Positions 63,660-64,000 of a stretch of 64,000 nt of DNA are shown here, piece by piece (within the stretch, counting starts at the first letter, position 1; every line of letters starts with the position of its first letter). The DNA comes from Spirochaetia bacterium. GTDB taxonomy: Bacteria; Spirochaetota; Spirochaetia; DSM-27196; Salinispiraceae. The notes under the pieces are model-generated. The model saw nothing but the letters and a program-made list of their open reading frames with translations. It was not told where the DNA came from and did no database searches. The stretch lies in contig JBBRCZ010000001.1 in NCBI GenBank assembly GCA_038204425.1, forward strand, positions 448,001 through 512,000, read 5' to 3'. Both the position numbers and the translations under genes were made by a program.

Positions 63660-64000
63660 TGACAGAGGATTTAAAAACTGTCTTTCCACCCCTTATTAAT
63701 TCAGATGAAACAATTGGCCAACGCATCGCTCAATATCGAAAACTTTGTGGCCTGACACAACTGCAATTAACTGATCAAATTGGAATAGTTCAAAACTTGG
63801 TTTCTGATTATGAAAATGGAAAGATTCGGCTTTATGATGAAATGGTTGCACGATTTGCCACCATGCTGAAAATCAAGGACTGGGCACGCTTAACATCAGA
63901 GGCTTCGAAGAACCACAAAAAAGAACTGCTCTTTCCGGATATTCAAATCTCTTTTCAGGAAATCGAAGATTATAAAGTTGGTAGAAAACAACTCCAATCC
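63660..64000 (+). pseudogene. XRE-family (HTH_3) regulator remnant without a start codon, open at the window edge
   Basis: Manual translation FPPLINSDETIGQRIAQYRKLCGLTQLQLTDQIGIVQNLVSDYENGKIRLYDEMVARFA; in-frame TGA ~63618 upstream and no ATG/GTG/TTG before the HTH. Confidence 0.65.

Noticed and set aside
63409..63726. 105-aa and 65-aa ORFs at the right edge
   Set aside because: Wrong frame or strand; the real signal is the IS3 OrfB frame interrupted by a stop

Overview
Bacterial chromosome segment, most likely from a spirochaete (order Spirochaetales). This is inferred from the spoVG-tRNA(Gln)-rplY-pth-tilS-ftsH and rplU-prp-rpmA-obgE-yqeK-LCP-rsfS gene orders and a spirochaetal-type lipobox. 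Most of the window is housekeeping: lepA, ftsH, tilS, pth, ribosomal proteins, obgE, nadB/C, gltB/D, argS, leuA/cimA, fumC and two tRNAs (Asp-GTC, Gln-TTG). The accessory parts are: (i) a compact STAS-cheA-cheB-hybrid kinase-response regulator operon whose CheA carries an MshEN-like repeat; (ii) a sensor kinase with Asn in place of the phospho-acceptor His, behind a tandem repeat and palindrome; (iii) a sulfur-assimilation cluster at 47.9-55.6 kb, containing cysH, internally deleted cysD and cysN, two complementary Met8/CysG-N-like genes, cysK, and a siroheme sulfite reductase coupled to a GltD/DsrL-like flavoprotein instead of CysJ; (iv) a hemerythrin-bearing chemoreceptor, a SWIM-SNF2 helicase, a processive GT2, and a decayed IS3 end plus an XRE-HTH remnant at the right edge. 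No CRISPR array, rRNA or intact mobile element was seen. All family calls come from motif recognition by eye, not database searches.
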